Part shown: positions 47,842 to 56,400 of the stretch, one piece after another
Position numbering within the stretch: the first letter of the stretch is position 1
How the letters are laid out: the number at the start of each line of letters is the position of its first letter
Origin: Gemmatimonadales bacterium
GTDB taxonomy: Bacteria; Gemmatimonadota; Gemmatimonadetes; Gemmatimonadales; GWC2-71-9
Reading direction: 5' to 3'
Length of the DNA stretch: 64,000 nt
Assembly: GCA_051955835.1 (NCBI GenBank)
Contig: JBQCGH010000110.1
Span: forward strand, 39 to 64,038
The notes under the pieces: model-generated
What the model saw: only the letters and a program-made list of their open reading frames with translations
Database searches by the model: none
What the model was told of the DNA's origin: nothing
Made by a program: the position numbers and the translations under genes

Positions 47842-48029
47842 GCGACAGTAATCTGCGGAGTCGGAGGCAACGTGCCCCCGGCTGGACGCCTACGGGACGG
47901 AGCCTTGGGCAAAGGCAAAGTCTGGCCGGTGGTTGGGCCCAGGGTCGCGACACTCGCCGTTGCCACCTCTCGGGGCCGCCCGTAGGTTTTGTTTCTCCAC
48001 CTGGCAGAGCCTAGGCGCAGCGAGGCACC

Positions 48030-48290
48030 ATGGACTCACAGTTTTTTCTCACCGCCGTTGTCACCATCCTCATCGCCGCCATGGGGATATCGGGCGCAGT
48101 CAAGATCGCGAAGATCATTGCCCACAGTCGCGTCGCCGGGGATCCTGATACCGCTGCCCATCTCCAGGCGCTGGATCAGGAGGTGGGGACACTCCGCCGG
48201 GAGATGGTCGAGACGCAGGAGCGGCTAGACTTCGCCGAACGGCTGCTGGCGCAGGCACCGGAAACGCGCCGAGTGGAACCGCAGCGCTAG
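48030..48290 (+). CDS. Small single-TM coiled-coil membrane protein (PspB-like architecture)
   Basis: N-terminal hydrophobic helix then LQALDQEVGTLRREMVETQERLDFAERLL; GAGG RBS. Confidence 0.75.
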   Translation: MDSQFFLTAVVTILIAAMGISGAVKIAKIIAHSRVAGDPDTAAHLQALDQEVGTLRREMVETQERLDFAERLLAQAPETRRVEPQR

Positions 48291-48501
48291 AACCGACCCC
48301 AAACCCGAACGACTGCGCCCTGTCCGCCCGGCCGGGTCACCTTGATGTTCGTGACCCGCGGCACCGGCCGCTCCCTGCAGGGCCTCTGTGCAGTCGCCTG
48401 GTGTCCTAGCGAACGGACCGGACGGTCGGTTGCCGCCCACCTCGGACGGTTCTATGACGGTCGAGTGCGATCCACCGGCCGGCCGTGCCCGACCACAATG
48501 G

Positions 48502-49488
48502 TCAGGGCGCAGCGAACTTTCCGTTTCTTACCTTCGCGATGTTCCGCAAATGTTCGCTGTAGGTCCGAGCGAACAGATGGTGCCCGTCCGGCCCGGCCAC
48601 GAAGTAGAGATAGGGTACCTTCGCCGGGTAGAGCGAGGCCTCGATGCTTCGCAGGCTGGGCGAGTTCACCGGTCCTGGCGGCAGACCGGGGTGGAGATAG
48701 GTGTTGTAGGGCGAGGCGAAGTGATAATCCTTCTCGTAGAGCCGCGGCTTCCGGCTCCCGGTGGCCAGAAAGATCGCGTACTGGACGGTCGGGTCGGCCT
48801 GAAGGGCCATACCGATTCGCAGCCGGTTGTGGTAGACGCCGGCGATGGTCTCGCGCTCCTCGTCAACCCGGGCTTCGCCTTCCACAATCGAGGCGAAGGT
48901 CACGAGCTGCACCTGCGACATCCCGATGGAATCCAGCCGCGCCGTCCAGCCGGGCCGCCACGATGCCTTGAAGCCCTCCGCCATCACACGCACGAGCTCC
49001 GTCGGGCTCACGCCAGATGGCAGCGAGTAGGTCTCGGGCCTGAGGAATCCCTCGAACGAGCGCACTCGGAAGCCGAGGATGGCGCTCGCCGCCGAGCTGT
49101 CGGATGCGGCCTTCACCACCGAGTCTTCGCCCAAACCAAGGCGTTCGGAGGCGAGCGCGGCCACCTCGGGGATGGTGAGGCCCTCAGGAACCGTGAACTT
49201 CTCAGCCACGGCCGCGCCCTTCGCGAGCACCCCCAGCACCCGCCACGGCGGCGTGCCGTGTGGAAACTCGTAGACGCCGGCCTGAACCGACCGATCCAGG
49301 CCGCGCACCCGGGCGAGCAGCTTGAAGAACCGCCGGTTGCCGATGATCCCGTGAGCGGCCAGCGTGTCGGTCATCGCGGAAAAGGTCGTCCCGGGTGGCA
49401 GGGTGACACGCTCGCGCCGTGAGTTGCCGCTCGCGCATCCGGTCGAGAGGACCACACCCAGCGTGAGGACGGCGTTTCGCACATTCAC
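48502..49488 (-). CDS. mltG: Endolytic transglycosylase MltG
   Basis: QAGVYEF, TVPEGL, EGFLRPETY, ASIVEGEA, IAGVYHNRL..GM.LQADPTVQY, SPYNTY...GLPPGPV. Confidence 0.93.
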   Translation of the reverse strand: MNVRNAVLTLGVVLSTGCASGNSRRERVTLPPGTTFSAMTDTLAAHGIIGNRRFFKLLARVRGLDRSVQAGVYEFPHGTPPWRVLGVLAKGAAVAEKFTVPEGLTIPEVAALASERLGLGEDSVVKAASDSSAASAILGFRVRSFEGFLRPETYSLPSGVSPTELVRVMAEGFKASWRPGWTARLDSIGMSQVQLVTFASIVEGEARVDEERETIAGVYHNRLRIGMALQADPTVQYAIFLATGSRKPRLYEKDYHFASPYNTYLHPGLPPGPVNSPSLRSIEASLYPAKVPYLYFVAGPDGHHLFARTYSEHLRNIAKVRNGKFAAP

Positions 49489-49937
49489 GGTGAGGACTGC
49501 CGACCTTCCCACCGCCGGCTTTCGAGAAAGTGCTGGAGTACGACGGTCGCGGCCAGCGCGTCGACATCCTCGCGCCGTCCACGCACCGAGCCACCCTGCT
49601 CGCGGATGGCCGCCAGAGCGCGGGCCGTGCTCATGCGCTCGTCCCACAAGGCCACGGGGAGCGCGGTTCGCCGCCCGAGCATCTCGGCCAGCTCGCGAGC
49701 CGCCGCGGCACTCGCGCCTTCCTGGCCCTCGCCGGTGAGCGGCAGGCCCATGACGAGCCCCACCGGGGCGTGCTCGGCAACCAGCTCGAGAAAGCGTGGC
49801 ATGGGGAATCGTTTGCCCGGACGCCGCACGAGCGTCTCGAGGGGTGACGCGAGCACCTGGGTCTCGTCGCTCAACGCGAGGCCGATGCGCACGTCGCCCC
49901 AGTCCACGGCGAGGAGTCGGCCGGAGGTGGGCACCAT
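49485..49937 (-). CDS. ruvX: Holliday junction resolvase-like RuvX/YqgF
   Basis: LAVDWGDVRIGLALSD, VMGLP, WDERMST, VDALAATVVLQHFL. Confidence 0.92.
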   Translation of the reverse strand: MVPTSGRLLAVDWGDVRIGLALSDETQVLASPLETLVRRPGKRFPMPRFLELVAEHAPVGLVMGLPLTGEGQEGASAAAARELAEMLGRRTALPVALWDERMSTARALAAIREQGGSVRGRREDVDALAATVVLQHFLESRRWEGRQSSP

Positions 49938-49990
49938 GGGAGAAACTTAGCGGAGGTCGACGGACGGGAAGGGAAGACAGCGGCAGAGTA

Positions 49991-50018
49991 GACGGAGAGG
50001 ATTCGCATCCTCCCCGTC
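49991..50018 (-). terminator. Hairpin after rho
   Basis: Minus strand GACGGGGAGGAT-GCGA-ATCCTCTCCGTC, GNRA loop, weak U tail. Confidence 0.6.
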
Positions 50019-50028
50019 GCCGTCCTGC

Positions 50029-51276
50029 TTACTGCGCCATTGTGGCGAAGAACTCCTTGTTGTTCTTCGTCCGCTTCATCCGCTCGAGCAGGAACTCGAG
50101 CGCCTCGACCGGCGGCATGTCGGCGAGGAAGTTCCGGAGCAGATAGACCCGGTTGAGCTCGTCCTTATCCATGAGGAGCTCTTCCTTACGCGTCGAGGTC
50201 CGCTGGATGTCGATGGCCGGATAGATGCGGCGGTCGGCGAGCCGGCGGTCGAGCACGAGCTCCATGTTGCCGGTGCCCTTGAACTCCTCGAAGATCACCT
50301 CATCCATGCGGCTGCCGGTGTCGATGAGCGCGGTGGCGATGATGGTGAGGCTCCCGCCCTTGTCGATGTTGCGCGCGGCTCCGAAGAAGCGCTTGGGCTT
50401 CTGCAGCGCGTTGGCGTCGACACCGCCGGACAGGATCTTGCCCGAGTGCGGCACCACGACGTTGTGGGCGCGTGCCAGACGGGTGATGGAGTCGAGCAGA
50501 ATGACCACATCCCGGCCGTGCTCCACGAGCCGCTTGGACTTCTCGATGACCATGTCGGCCACCTGGACGTGGCGGTCGGCGGGTTCGTCGAACGTGGAGG
50601 AGATGACTTCGGCCTTGACGTTCTCCTCCATGTCGGTGACCTCCTCGGGCCGCTCGTCGATGAGCAGCACGATGAGGACGATCTCGGGATGGTTCTCGCT
50701 GATGGCGTTGGCAAGCTTCTGCATCAGAATGGTCTTGCCGGCCTTGGGCGGCGCCACGATCAACCCGCGCTGCCCCTTGCCGATGGGCGAGAGCAGATCG
50801 ACCACGCGCCTGCTGAGATCGCCGGTCTTCCGCTCGAGGCGAATGCGGGCATCCGGGTAACGGGGCCGCAGGTTGTCGAACGCGATCCGGTGCTTGGTCT
50901 TGTCCGGCTCCTCGAAGTTGACCTGCTCGACCTTGAGCAGGGCCAGGTAACGCTCGCCTTCCTTGGGTGGCCGCACCTGCCCCATGACCGTGTCGCCCGT
51001 GCGCAGATCGAAGCGTTTGATCTGACTGGGCGAGACGTAGATGTCATCGGGGCCGTAGAGGTAGTTCCAGTCCTGACTGCGAAGGAAGCCGTAGCCCTCG
51101 GGGAGAATCTCGAGCACGCCCTCACCCCGGATCACCGTGTCCGAGTCGAGCAAGGACTGCTCGATGCGGAAGATGAGGTCCTGCTTCCGGAGGCCGGAGT
51201 AGTTGGAGATGTTCAACTGCTCCGCCAGCGTATGCAGCTCCGCGACCGACTTCTGCTTCAGCTCAGCGATATCCAC
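50029..51276 (-). CDS. rho: Transcription termination factor Rho
   Basis: [59 protein letters not shown]. Confidence 0.98.
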   Translation of the reverse strand: MDIAELKQKSVAELHTLAEQLNISNYSGLRKQDLIFRIEQSLLDSDTVIRGEGVLEILPEGYGFLRSQDWNYLYGPDDIYVSPSQIKRFDLRTGDTVMGQVRPPKEGERYLALLKVEQVNFEEPDKTKHRIAFDNLRPRYPDARIRLERKTGDLSRRVVDLLSPIGKGQRGLIVAPPKAGKTILMQKLANAISENHPEIVLIVLLIDERPEEVTDMEENVKAEVISSTFDEPADRHVQVADMVIEKSKRLVEHGRDVVILLDSITRLARAHNVVVPHSGKILSGGVDANALQKPKRFFGAARNIDKGGSLTIIATALIDTGSRMDEVIFEEFKGTGNMELVLDRRLADRRIYPAIDIQRTSTRKEELLMDKDELNRVYLLRNFLADMPPVEALEFLLERMKRTKNNKEFFATMAQ

Positions 51277-51467
51277 GGACGAGACTCCAGAGGGGCGTTG
51301 TCGGCCGGTGATTCGGCCGGCGGAAGGGATATAGGAACGTCAGGACCTTGGTCAGGTTGGACGGTGTATGGGTGCTGTCGGTGCGATGTATGAATGGGGC
51401 CCCGGGAACGGAGCGTGCGGCGCACAAGCTGTGACGGGGAGTTTCCTGCCGACCCAAGAAGCTTCTC

Positions 51468-51496
51468 AACTTAGAGCCACCCCGAATAACCGTCAA
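51468..51496 (-). promoter_or_regulatory. Sigma70-type promoter of rho
   Basis: Minus strand TTGACG-N17-TAAGTT. Confidence 0.6.
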
Positions 51497-51575
51497 GAGG
51501 GGGCCACCGCATTGCATAACTTGCAGTCCCGTACAATCTTTGAACGGTTTCCGCTCCTTCCCCGGAGGCATGCCG

Positions 51576-51857
51576 ATGACGGCTCAACCATTCCGGTTCG
51601 GCCCTACTGCCGCCCGGGACCCCGTCGTCCACGATCTCCCCGCCCTCCATCTCTCCGATCGGACCATCGCCATCCATCTCCTCGTGCGCCGCGCCGACGA
51701 CGGTGCCTGGCGCGCCCGGCTCCGGTTCACCGATCCCGGCCAGGACACTCACGACACCGCGGAGATCTTCTGTGCCGAGTCGGAGCCCGAGCTGTGGGAG
51801 GCGGTCCGCAGCCTGCCGGAGCATCACGTACGGGCCCTGTACTTGTCGCTGATCTGA
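51576..51857 (+). CDS. Hypothetical protein (93 aa)
   Basis: GGAGG RBS; globular-looking sequence (DGAWRARLRF, TAEIF, ALYLSL). Confidence 0.75.
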   Translation: MTAQPFRFGPTAARDPVVHDLPALHLSDRTIAIHLLVRRADDGAWRARLRFTDPGQDTHDTAEIFCAESEPELWEAVRSLPEHHVRALYLSLI

Positions 51858-51862
51858 GGCGT

Positions 51863-52045
51863 ATGTCCGACTCGGACCGCCTCAGCAAGCTGAGGCACGA
51901 CTTGTCGAACCCGCTCTCCGCACTGCTGGCGGAGACCCAGCTCCTGCTGCTCAACGAAGCCCAAATCGATCCGACCACCGTCACGAGCCTGCGGGAGATC
52001 GAGGCGCTCGCAATTCGGATGCGGACGATGCTGCGCGAAATCTGA
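51863..52045 (+). CDS. Standalone HisKA/DHp domain micro-protein (60 aa)
   Basis: LSKLRHDLSNPLSALLAETQLL H-box helix plus second helix; GAGG RBS; no ATPase or sensor domain. Confidence 0.75.
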   Translation: MSDSDRLSKLRHDLSNPLSALLAETQLLLLNEAQIDPTTVTSLREIEALAIRMRTMLREI

Positions 52046-53777
52046 CTCCATTGCCCAGGTAGGCGGCCAGCAGCGTCAGGCTGGTTGCGCTCGCCGCTAG
52101 CCGAAGTCCCACGCCATACCCGCCAGCCGAAATGAATCCCTCGATCAGTCCGGCGACCACCAGCAGCACGGCCGTCGCTCCCACCATCCGAATGGCGGTC
52201 CGCCCGCTCACGACCAGGGCGTCACTGCGGCTCAGCGTGCCGGGCGCCACCACCGACCGTCCGAGCATGAAGCCGGCGGCGCCCGCGACCCAGATGGCGA
52301 ACAGCTCCAGAGCGCCGTGCCCCAGGATGAAGGTCAACAGGTAGTCGAGCAGGCCGACGTTGGCGAAGTGGGCGGCAAACGCCCCGATCGCCAGGCCGTT
52401 GTAGGCCAGGAGCACGAGCGAGCCGATCCCGAGAAAGATGCCGCCGGCAAAGCACGCCACAGCCACGCGCACGTTGTTGGTGATGATGCCCGAGGCCATG
52501 AGCGGCCGGTCTGAAGCGGTGACATCCACGTACCCACGCCCGGCCGCTTTCCGTGCCTGGCCCGCCTCGGCCCGGCGGAGCATCACGTCCGGGAGCAGCT
52601 CGGCCGCGAGCGCCGGCTGCTCGTGGAGCAGCATGAATCCGGCGGCCGCGGGGGCCGCGAAGGTCAGAAACGCGATCAAGACATACCGGCGCGCCTCGAT
52701 CACGGCGGCGGGGCACTCGCGGGCGAGCACGATCCACAATCGTCGCCAGGTACTCCGCTCATCGCGGTACAGGGCGTTGTGCCCGGCCGCCGCGAGCCGT
52801 TCGAGCCGCGACTTGGTGGCCGCATCCGCCCCGTACGTGCGCGCCCGGGCGAGATCAGCCGCCACCTCGCGGTAGCGGGCCGCGAACTCGGGCAGCTCTC
52901 GCGAGGCGAAGCTGTCCAGGCCGTCCCGCGCCGCCCGCTCAGCCAGGCGCTCGAACTCGTCCCAGCGAGGTCGCTTCTGCGCGGCGAATCGGGTGCCCGC
53001 GCCGGCCGCGCCGCGGGGGGCGAGGCCGCCCTGCCGCCGAGCCAACTCCGCCGCCTGGAGCTCGAGCAGGTGGGCGAGGTCGCTCCGGCCGGCCGGCGCC
53101 GGGTGGTCGTGCAACCGCAGCGCGAGGTTCTGAGCGAGCCGCGCCCGCGCGGGCGCCTCCAGCGTCGCCTGACGCGCAGCGAACTGGGAGAGGAGGCGAA
53201 ACGTCTCGTCGTCGAGCTCCGGGATCGAAGGTGCGGAGTCGGCCGCGCCGGCAGGATGGGGCGCGGTGGCCTCCTGCGGCCGGTCGCGAGCCACGACCGT
53301 GCCGGCCACCATGTCACCGAGCCGCTTTCCGCGGGGGTGAAACGCGACGAGGACGAACCCGATGAGATACGGCGGCGGCAGAGCATCGGCTACGCGCAGG
53401 AGATTCCGGGCGGCCGCCGCGCCGAAGGACACCGCATGCCCCGTGTCCATTACCACGCGGATCCCGGCGATCCGCTTGCCAGGCGTCTGCCCTCGCCGAA
53501 GTCCCTCGAACAGGATGAAGTAGCCGTTCCAGACCACGAAGCTGGCGAGCACCAGCAGCGCAGCGCCGACATGGCCCACGCTGACACCGTAGCTGGAGAG
53601 GATGAGGGCGACGACCAAGGCCGCGAGCGCGGCGCCGACCAGGATCGCCATGTCGAGCACGGCCGCAAGCGCGCGCGAGCCGATGCCGGCGATCTCGAGG
53701 TCGAGCACGACATGCTCGGGCGTCTCGATCTCCAGGTGCTGGCGATAGTCCGGGAGGGCCGGGCGCGGAGCGGGCAT
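51981..53777 (-). CDS. RDD-domain / stage II sporulation protein M fusion membrane protein
   Basis: IETPE..AGIGSRALA, GQTPGKR, KRLGDMVAGT (RDD); YR..AADLA.ART, TNNVRVA, NG, HGALEL, AGLIEGF (SpoIIM). Confidence 0.88.
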   Translation of the reverse strand: MPAPRPALPDYRQHLEIETPEHVVLDLEIAGIGSRALAAVLDMAILVGAALAALVVALILSSYGVSVGHVGAALLVLASFVVWNGYFILFEGLRRGQTPGKRIAGIRVVMDTGHAVSFGAAAARNLLRVADALPPPYLIGFVLVAFHPRGKRLGDMVAGTVVARDRPQEATAPHPAGAADSAPSIPELDDETFRLLSQFAARQATLEAPARARLAQNLALRLHDHPAPAGRSDLAHLLELQAAELARRQGGLAPRGAAGAGTRFAAQKRPRWDEFERLAERAARDGLDSFASRELPEFAARYREVAADLARARTYGADAATKSRLERLAAAGHNALYRDERSTWRRLWIVLARECPAAVIEARRYVLIAFLTFAAPAAAGFMLLHEQPALAAELLPDVMLRRAEAGQARKAAGRGYVDVTASDRPLMASGIITNNVRVAVACFAGGIFLGIGSLVLLAYNGLAIGAFAAHFANVGLLDYLLTFILGHGALELFAIWVAGAAGFMLGRSVVAPGTLSRSDALVVSGRTAIRMVGATAVLLVVAGLIEGFISAGGYGVGLRLAASATSLTLLAAYLGNGVRFRAASSASELRAPRSPAGS

Positions 53778-53803
53778 GGGGCGATTGTAATATCTTTTCG
53801 CCC

Positions 53804-54583
53804 ATGCCGCCTCCCATACTCCGACCGCTCAGCGTGGGCGAGATCCTCGATACCTCATTCTCGCTCTACCGGAGGCACTTCGCGGCGCTCGCCACCGTTG
53901 CGGTGATCTGTACCGGCCTGCCGCTGGTCCTGCGACTCTTCCTCGAAGCGGGCGGAGGCGTCTTCAGCAACGTGCCGCTCCTTCTCCTCTACATGTTCAG
54001 CCTCGTGGTGTTGAGTCTGGTGGCGACCGGGGCCACGGTCTTCATCGTGTCCGAGAGCTATCTCGGGCGACCGCTTTCCGCCCGCGAGGCGCTCGCGCGG
54101 TCGACGCCATACATCGGCCGGATCCTGATCTGCTCGTTCCTCATGGCGTTCATCGTCGGACTGGGCTTCCTGCTGTTCTTCATTCCGGGCATCATCCTCG
54201 GCGTGGGACTGGCGCTCGCGATTCCCGCAGTCGTGCTCGAGCCGGGCCGCAGCGCAACCGCCGCGCTAAGCCGCTCCTGGGAGCTCACCCGCGGGTCCCG
54301 GTGGCGCATCTTCGCCCTGGGCGTCACCCTCTTCGTGCTGCTCTACGTGCCCTTCTTCGCGATCACAGGCGTGGTCACCTTCCTGCTCGCGCGGGGCGGC
54401 GCACCCGCCGTGGCGGGCGCGGTATCCAGCTCGGCGATCGTCGCGCTCGCGCTTGCCGGCCTCGTGCAGATTCTCATCTACCCCCTGTTCTACTGCGTCC
54501 TCACCGTGGCCTACTACGACCTTCGGGTCCGCAAGGAAGGCTTCGACCTGGAGCTGCTGGCCACGTCGCTCCAGACCGCGTGA
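53804..54583 (+). CDS. Multi-pass membrane protein (glycerophosphoryl diester phosphodiesterase membrane-domain-like)
   Basis: LRPLSVGEILD.SF.LYR, ALSRSWELTRG, YYDLRVRKEGFDLE. Confidence 0.8.
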   Translation: MPPPILRPLSVGEILDTSFSLYRRHFAALATVAVICTGLPLVLRLFLEAGGGVFSNVPLLLLYMFSLVVLSLVATGATVFIVSESYLGRPLSAREALARSTPYIGRILICSFLMAFIVGLGFLLFFIPGIILGVGLALAIPAVVLEPGRSATAALSRSWELTRGSRWRIFALGVTLFVLLYVPFFAITGVVTFLLARGGAPAVAGAVSSSAIVALALAGLVQILIYPLFYCVLTVAYYDLRVRKEGFDLELLATSLQTA

Positions 54584-54587
54584 GGCC

Positions 54588-55217
54588 GTGATCGCCGCGC
54601 TCGCGCCGGCCGATCCGTCGTCCGGAAGGCTCCGGGCGGTGCGCGACAGCGTCTTTTCGTCCCCCGCGTACCGCTGGGCCGACGAGACGGTCGCGATCCG
54701 TTTGCTCCGAGAGTGGTGGCATCGCCTGCTCGACTGGCTCGGCACCCTCCGCACCGGCAATCCCGCAGCCTTCCGTCTCTTCGTCTTCGTGCTGCTGCTC
54801 GTGCTGGTTCTGGCGCTCGCGCACGGCGCGTGGGTCGTGTGGCGGACCCTGCGCGCCGCGGCGGCTCCGGCGGACCCGCACCAGACCGTCCGCCCGCTCG
54901 AGGTGCGGGATGCAGACTGGTATCTCGCCGCCGCCGACCGGGCGGCGGCGGCAGGACGCATGGCGGAGGCGCTGCCGCTCGCCTTCGTGGGCGTGGCGCT
55001 CACGCTCGACCGGCAGGGGCTGCTCAGATATCACGCGAGCAAGACGCCGGCCGAATGCGCCCGGGAAGCGCGCCTTGCGGGCCCCGACCGGGAGCGCCTC
55101 GGCGCGCTCGTCCGGACCGTCTACGTTCACGCGTTCGGCGGCAGGGCCATGCCGATCGGCGAGTACCGCCGCTGGCGGGACGACCTGGGCCGGCCGTGGC
55201 ATGCGCCAGCGCACTGA
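54588..55217 (+). CDS. DUF4129-domain protein
   Basis: One TM; A..AAAAGR..EA, L...GLLRY..SKTP.E; position in the MoxR operon. Confidence 0.7.
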   Translation: MIAALAPADPSSGRLRAVRDSVFSSPAYRWADETVAIRLLREWWHRLLDWLGTLRTGNPAAFRLFVFVLLLVLVLALAHGAWVVWRTLRAAAAPADPHQTVRPLEVRDADWYLAAADRAAAAGRMAEALPLAFVGVALTLDRQGLLRYHASKTPAECAREARLAGPDRERLGALVRTVYVHAFGGRAMPIGEYRRWRDDLGRPWHAPAH

Positions 55218-56400
55218 GCTCGCGCTGGGCCTGGGGCTGGTCGTCGTGCTCGGGGTCGCGGCCGCGCTGTTCGGCGCCCGGCGCGCGCGCCAGACCGACG
55301 CCGATCCGCGGCGGTCCACCCTTCTGACCGGCCCGTCCGGCGCGCGCGGCTTCGCCGACGCCCTGGAGCGTCTCGGCGTCCGCGTCGAGCCGTTCGAGCG
55401 GCCGGTCGGCACGCTCCATCCCGACGGTGCACCTGAGACGCTTACCGCCTTCCTCGGACCGACGAGCTCACTTTCCCCCGGCGAGGGCGCCACGGTCGCC
55501 CGCCTCGACAGCGACCTGCTCCTCGCGGGGTTTCGGGCCTCCACCGCAATGCGTTGCCTCGGCTGGAGCGTGCGGGCCGGTCGGGTGGACTCGGTGCGCG
55601 TGGTCTCGCCGCCTGGCACGACCGGCGTGTTTCCCAGGGTCCGGGCTGTGCTCGAGCGCCGGAGCGCCCATGAGGTCGTGGATTCCTCGGAGGCCGAGGA
55701 CGCAGCCCCGATCCGGTGCACCGTTCCGGAATCGCGAACGGTGGACACGTTGCTCCACACCGCCGATGGACAGGCCGTCGCTCTTCGGACCGTGCTCGCG
55801 GACGGGCGCACGGTCACCCTCGTGGCCGATGATCGGCTGTTCGCCAATCGGGCGCTGCGGGAAACCGCGGCCGGTCCGTTCGCCCTCGCGCTGGTGGTAC
55901 CGCGCTATCGCCGCCTCGTCGTGGACGAATATCATCACGGGTTCGATGCGTCGCGCAGCCTCGCCGGCGCGGCGCTCGGCTGGACGGTTCAGTCGCCGTG
56001 GGGATGGATCATCCTCCAGCTCGCGGGCGTCGGTGTCCTCGCCTTGCTGGCGGCGGGCATCCGCTTCGGCCCGGTCCGTCCGGGCATCGAACGGCGGCGC
56101 CGATCTCCGCTGGAGCATGTGCGCGCCCTGGCCACCGCGCTCGCCGCCGCGCGCGGCCACGACGAGGCGGTCACGCTCATCGTGCAGGGGCTCCATCGCC
56201 GACTCGCGTCGGCCAGCCGGCCGTCGCGGGGAGAGATCGCGGGCTGGCTCGAGGGCCTGACGCCGGCGGTCCGCACGCCCGAGGGTCGCGAGGCGCTCCA
56301 CACGCTGACGTCGATCCTGCGCCGACCCGCCAGCAGCGAAGAGGTCCTCCGTGCCGCCGAGGCGACCGACACACTCTGGAAGGAGCTGACCCCCACATGA
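55201..56400 (+). CDS. DUF4350-domain protein
   Basis: N-terminal TM, RRST..TGPSGA, LFANRAL, VDEYHHG, TM then RFGP, SPLEHVRALA. Confidence 0.75.
   Translation: MRQRTELALGLGLVVVLGVAAALFGARRARQTDADPRRSTLLTGPSGARGFADALERLGVRVEPFERPVGTLHPDGAPETLTAFLGPTSSLSPGEGATVARLDSDLLLAGFRASTAMRCLGWSVRAGRVDSVRVVSPPGTTGVFPRVRAVLERRSAHEVVDSSEAEDAAPIRCTVPESRTVDTLLHTADGQAVALRTVLADGRTVTLVADDRLFANRALRETAAGPFALALVVPRYRRLVVDEYHHGFDASRSLAGAALGWTVQSPWGWIILQLAGVGVLALLAAGIRFGPVRPGIERRRRSPLEHVRALATALAAARGHDEAVTLIVQGLHRRLASASRPSRGEIAGWLEGLTPAVRTPEGREALHTLTSILRRPASSEEVLRAAEATDTLWKELTPT

Noticed and set aside
47900-47965. c-di-GMP-I or TPP riboswitch
   Set aside because: GGCAAA is present but the GAAA tetraloop stem and GACGCAAA core are not; the TPP CUGAGA motif is absent and the region is downstream of thiE
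48291-48431. SRP RNA or 6S RNA call
   Set aside because: No SRP helix-8 CAGG...GGAA...AGCAG motif; the internal loop is strongly asymmetric, unlike a typical 6S bubble; kept only as an unnamed candidate
51501-51516. Sigma54 promoter GGGCCA-CCGCA-TTGCA for the 93-aa/HisKA operon
   Set aside because: Spacing fits but the -24 element is poor; not supportable alone
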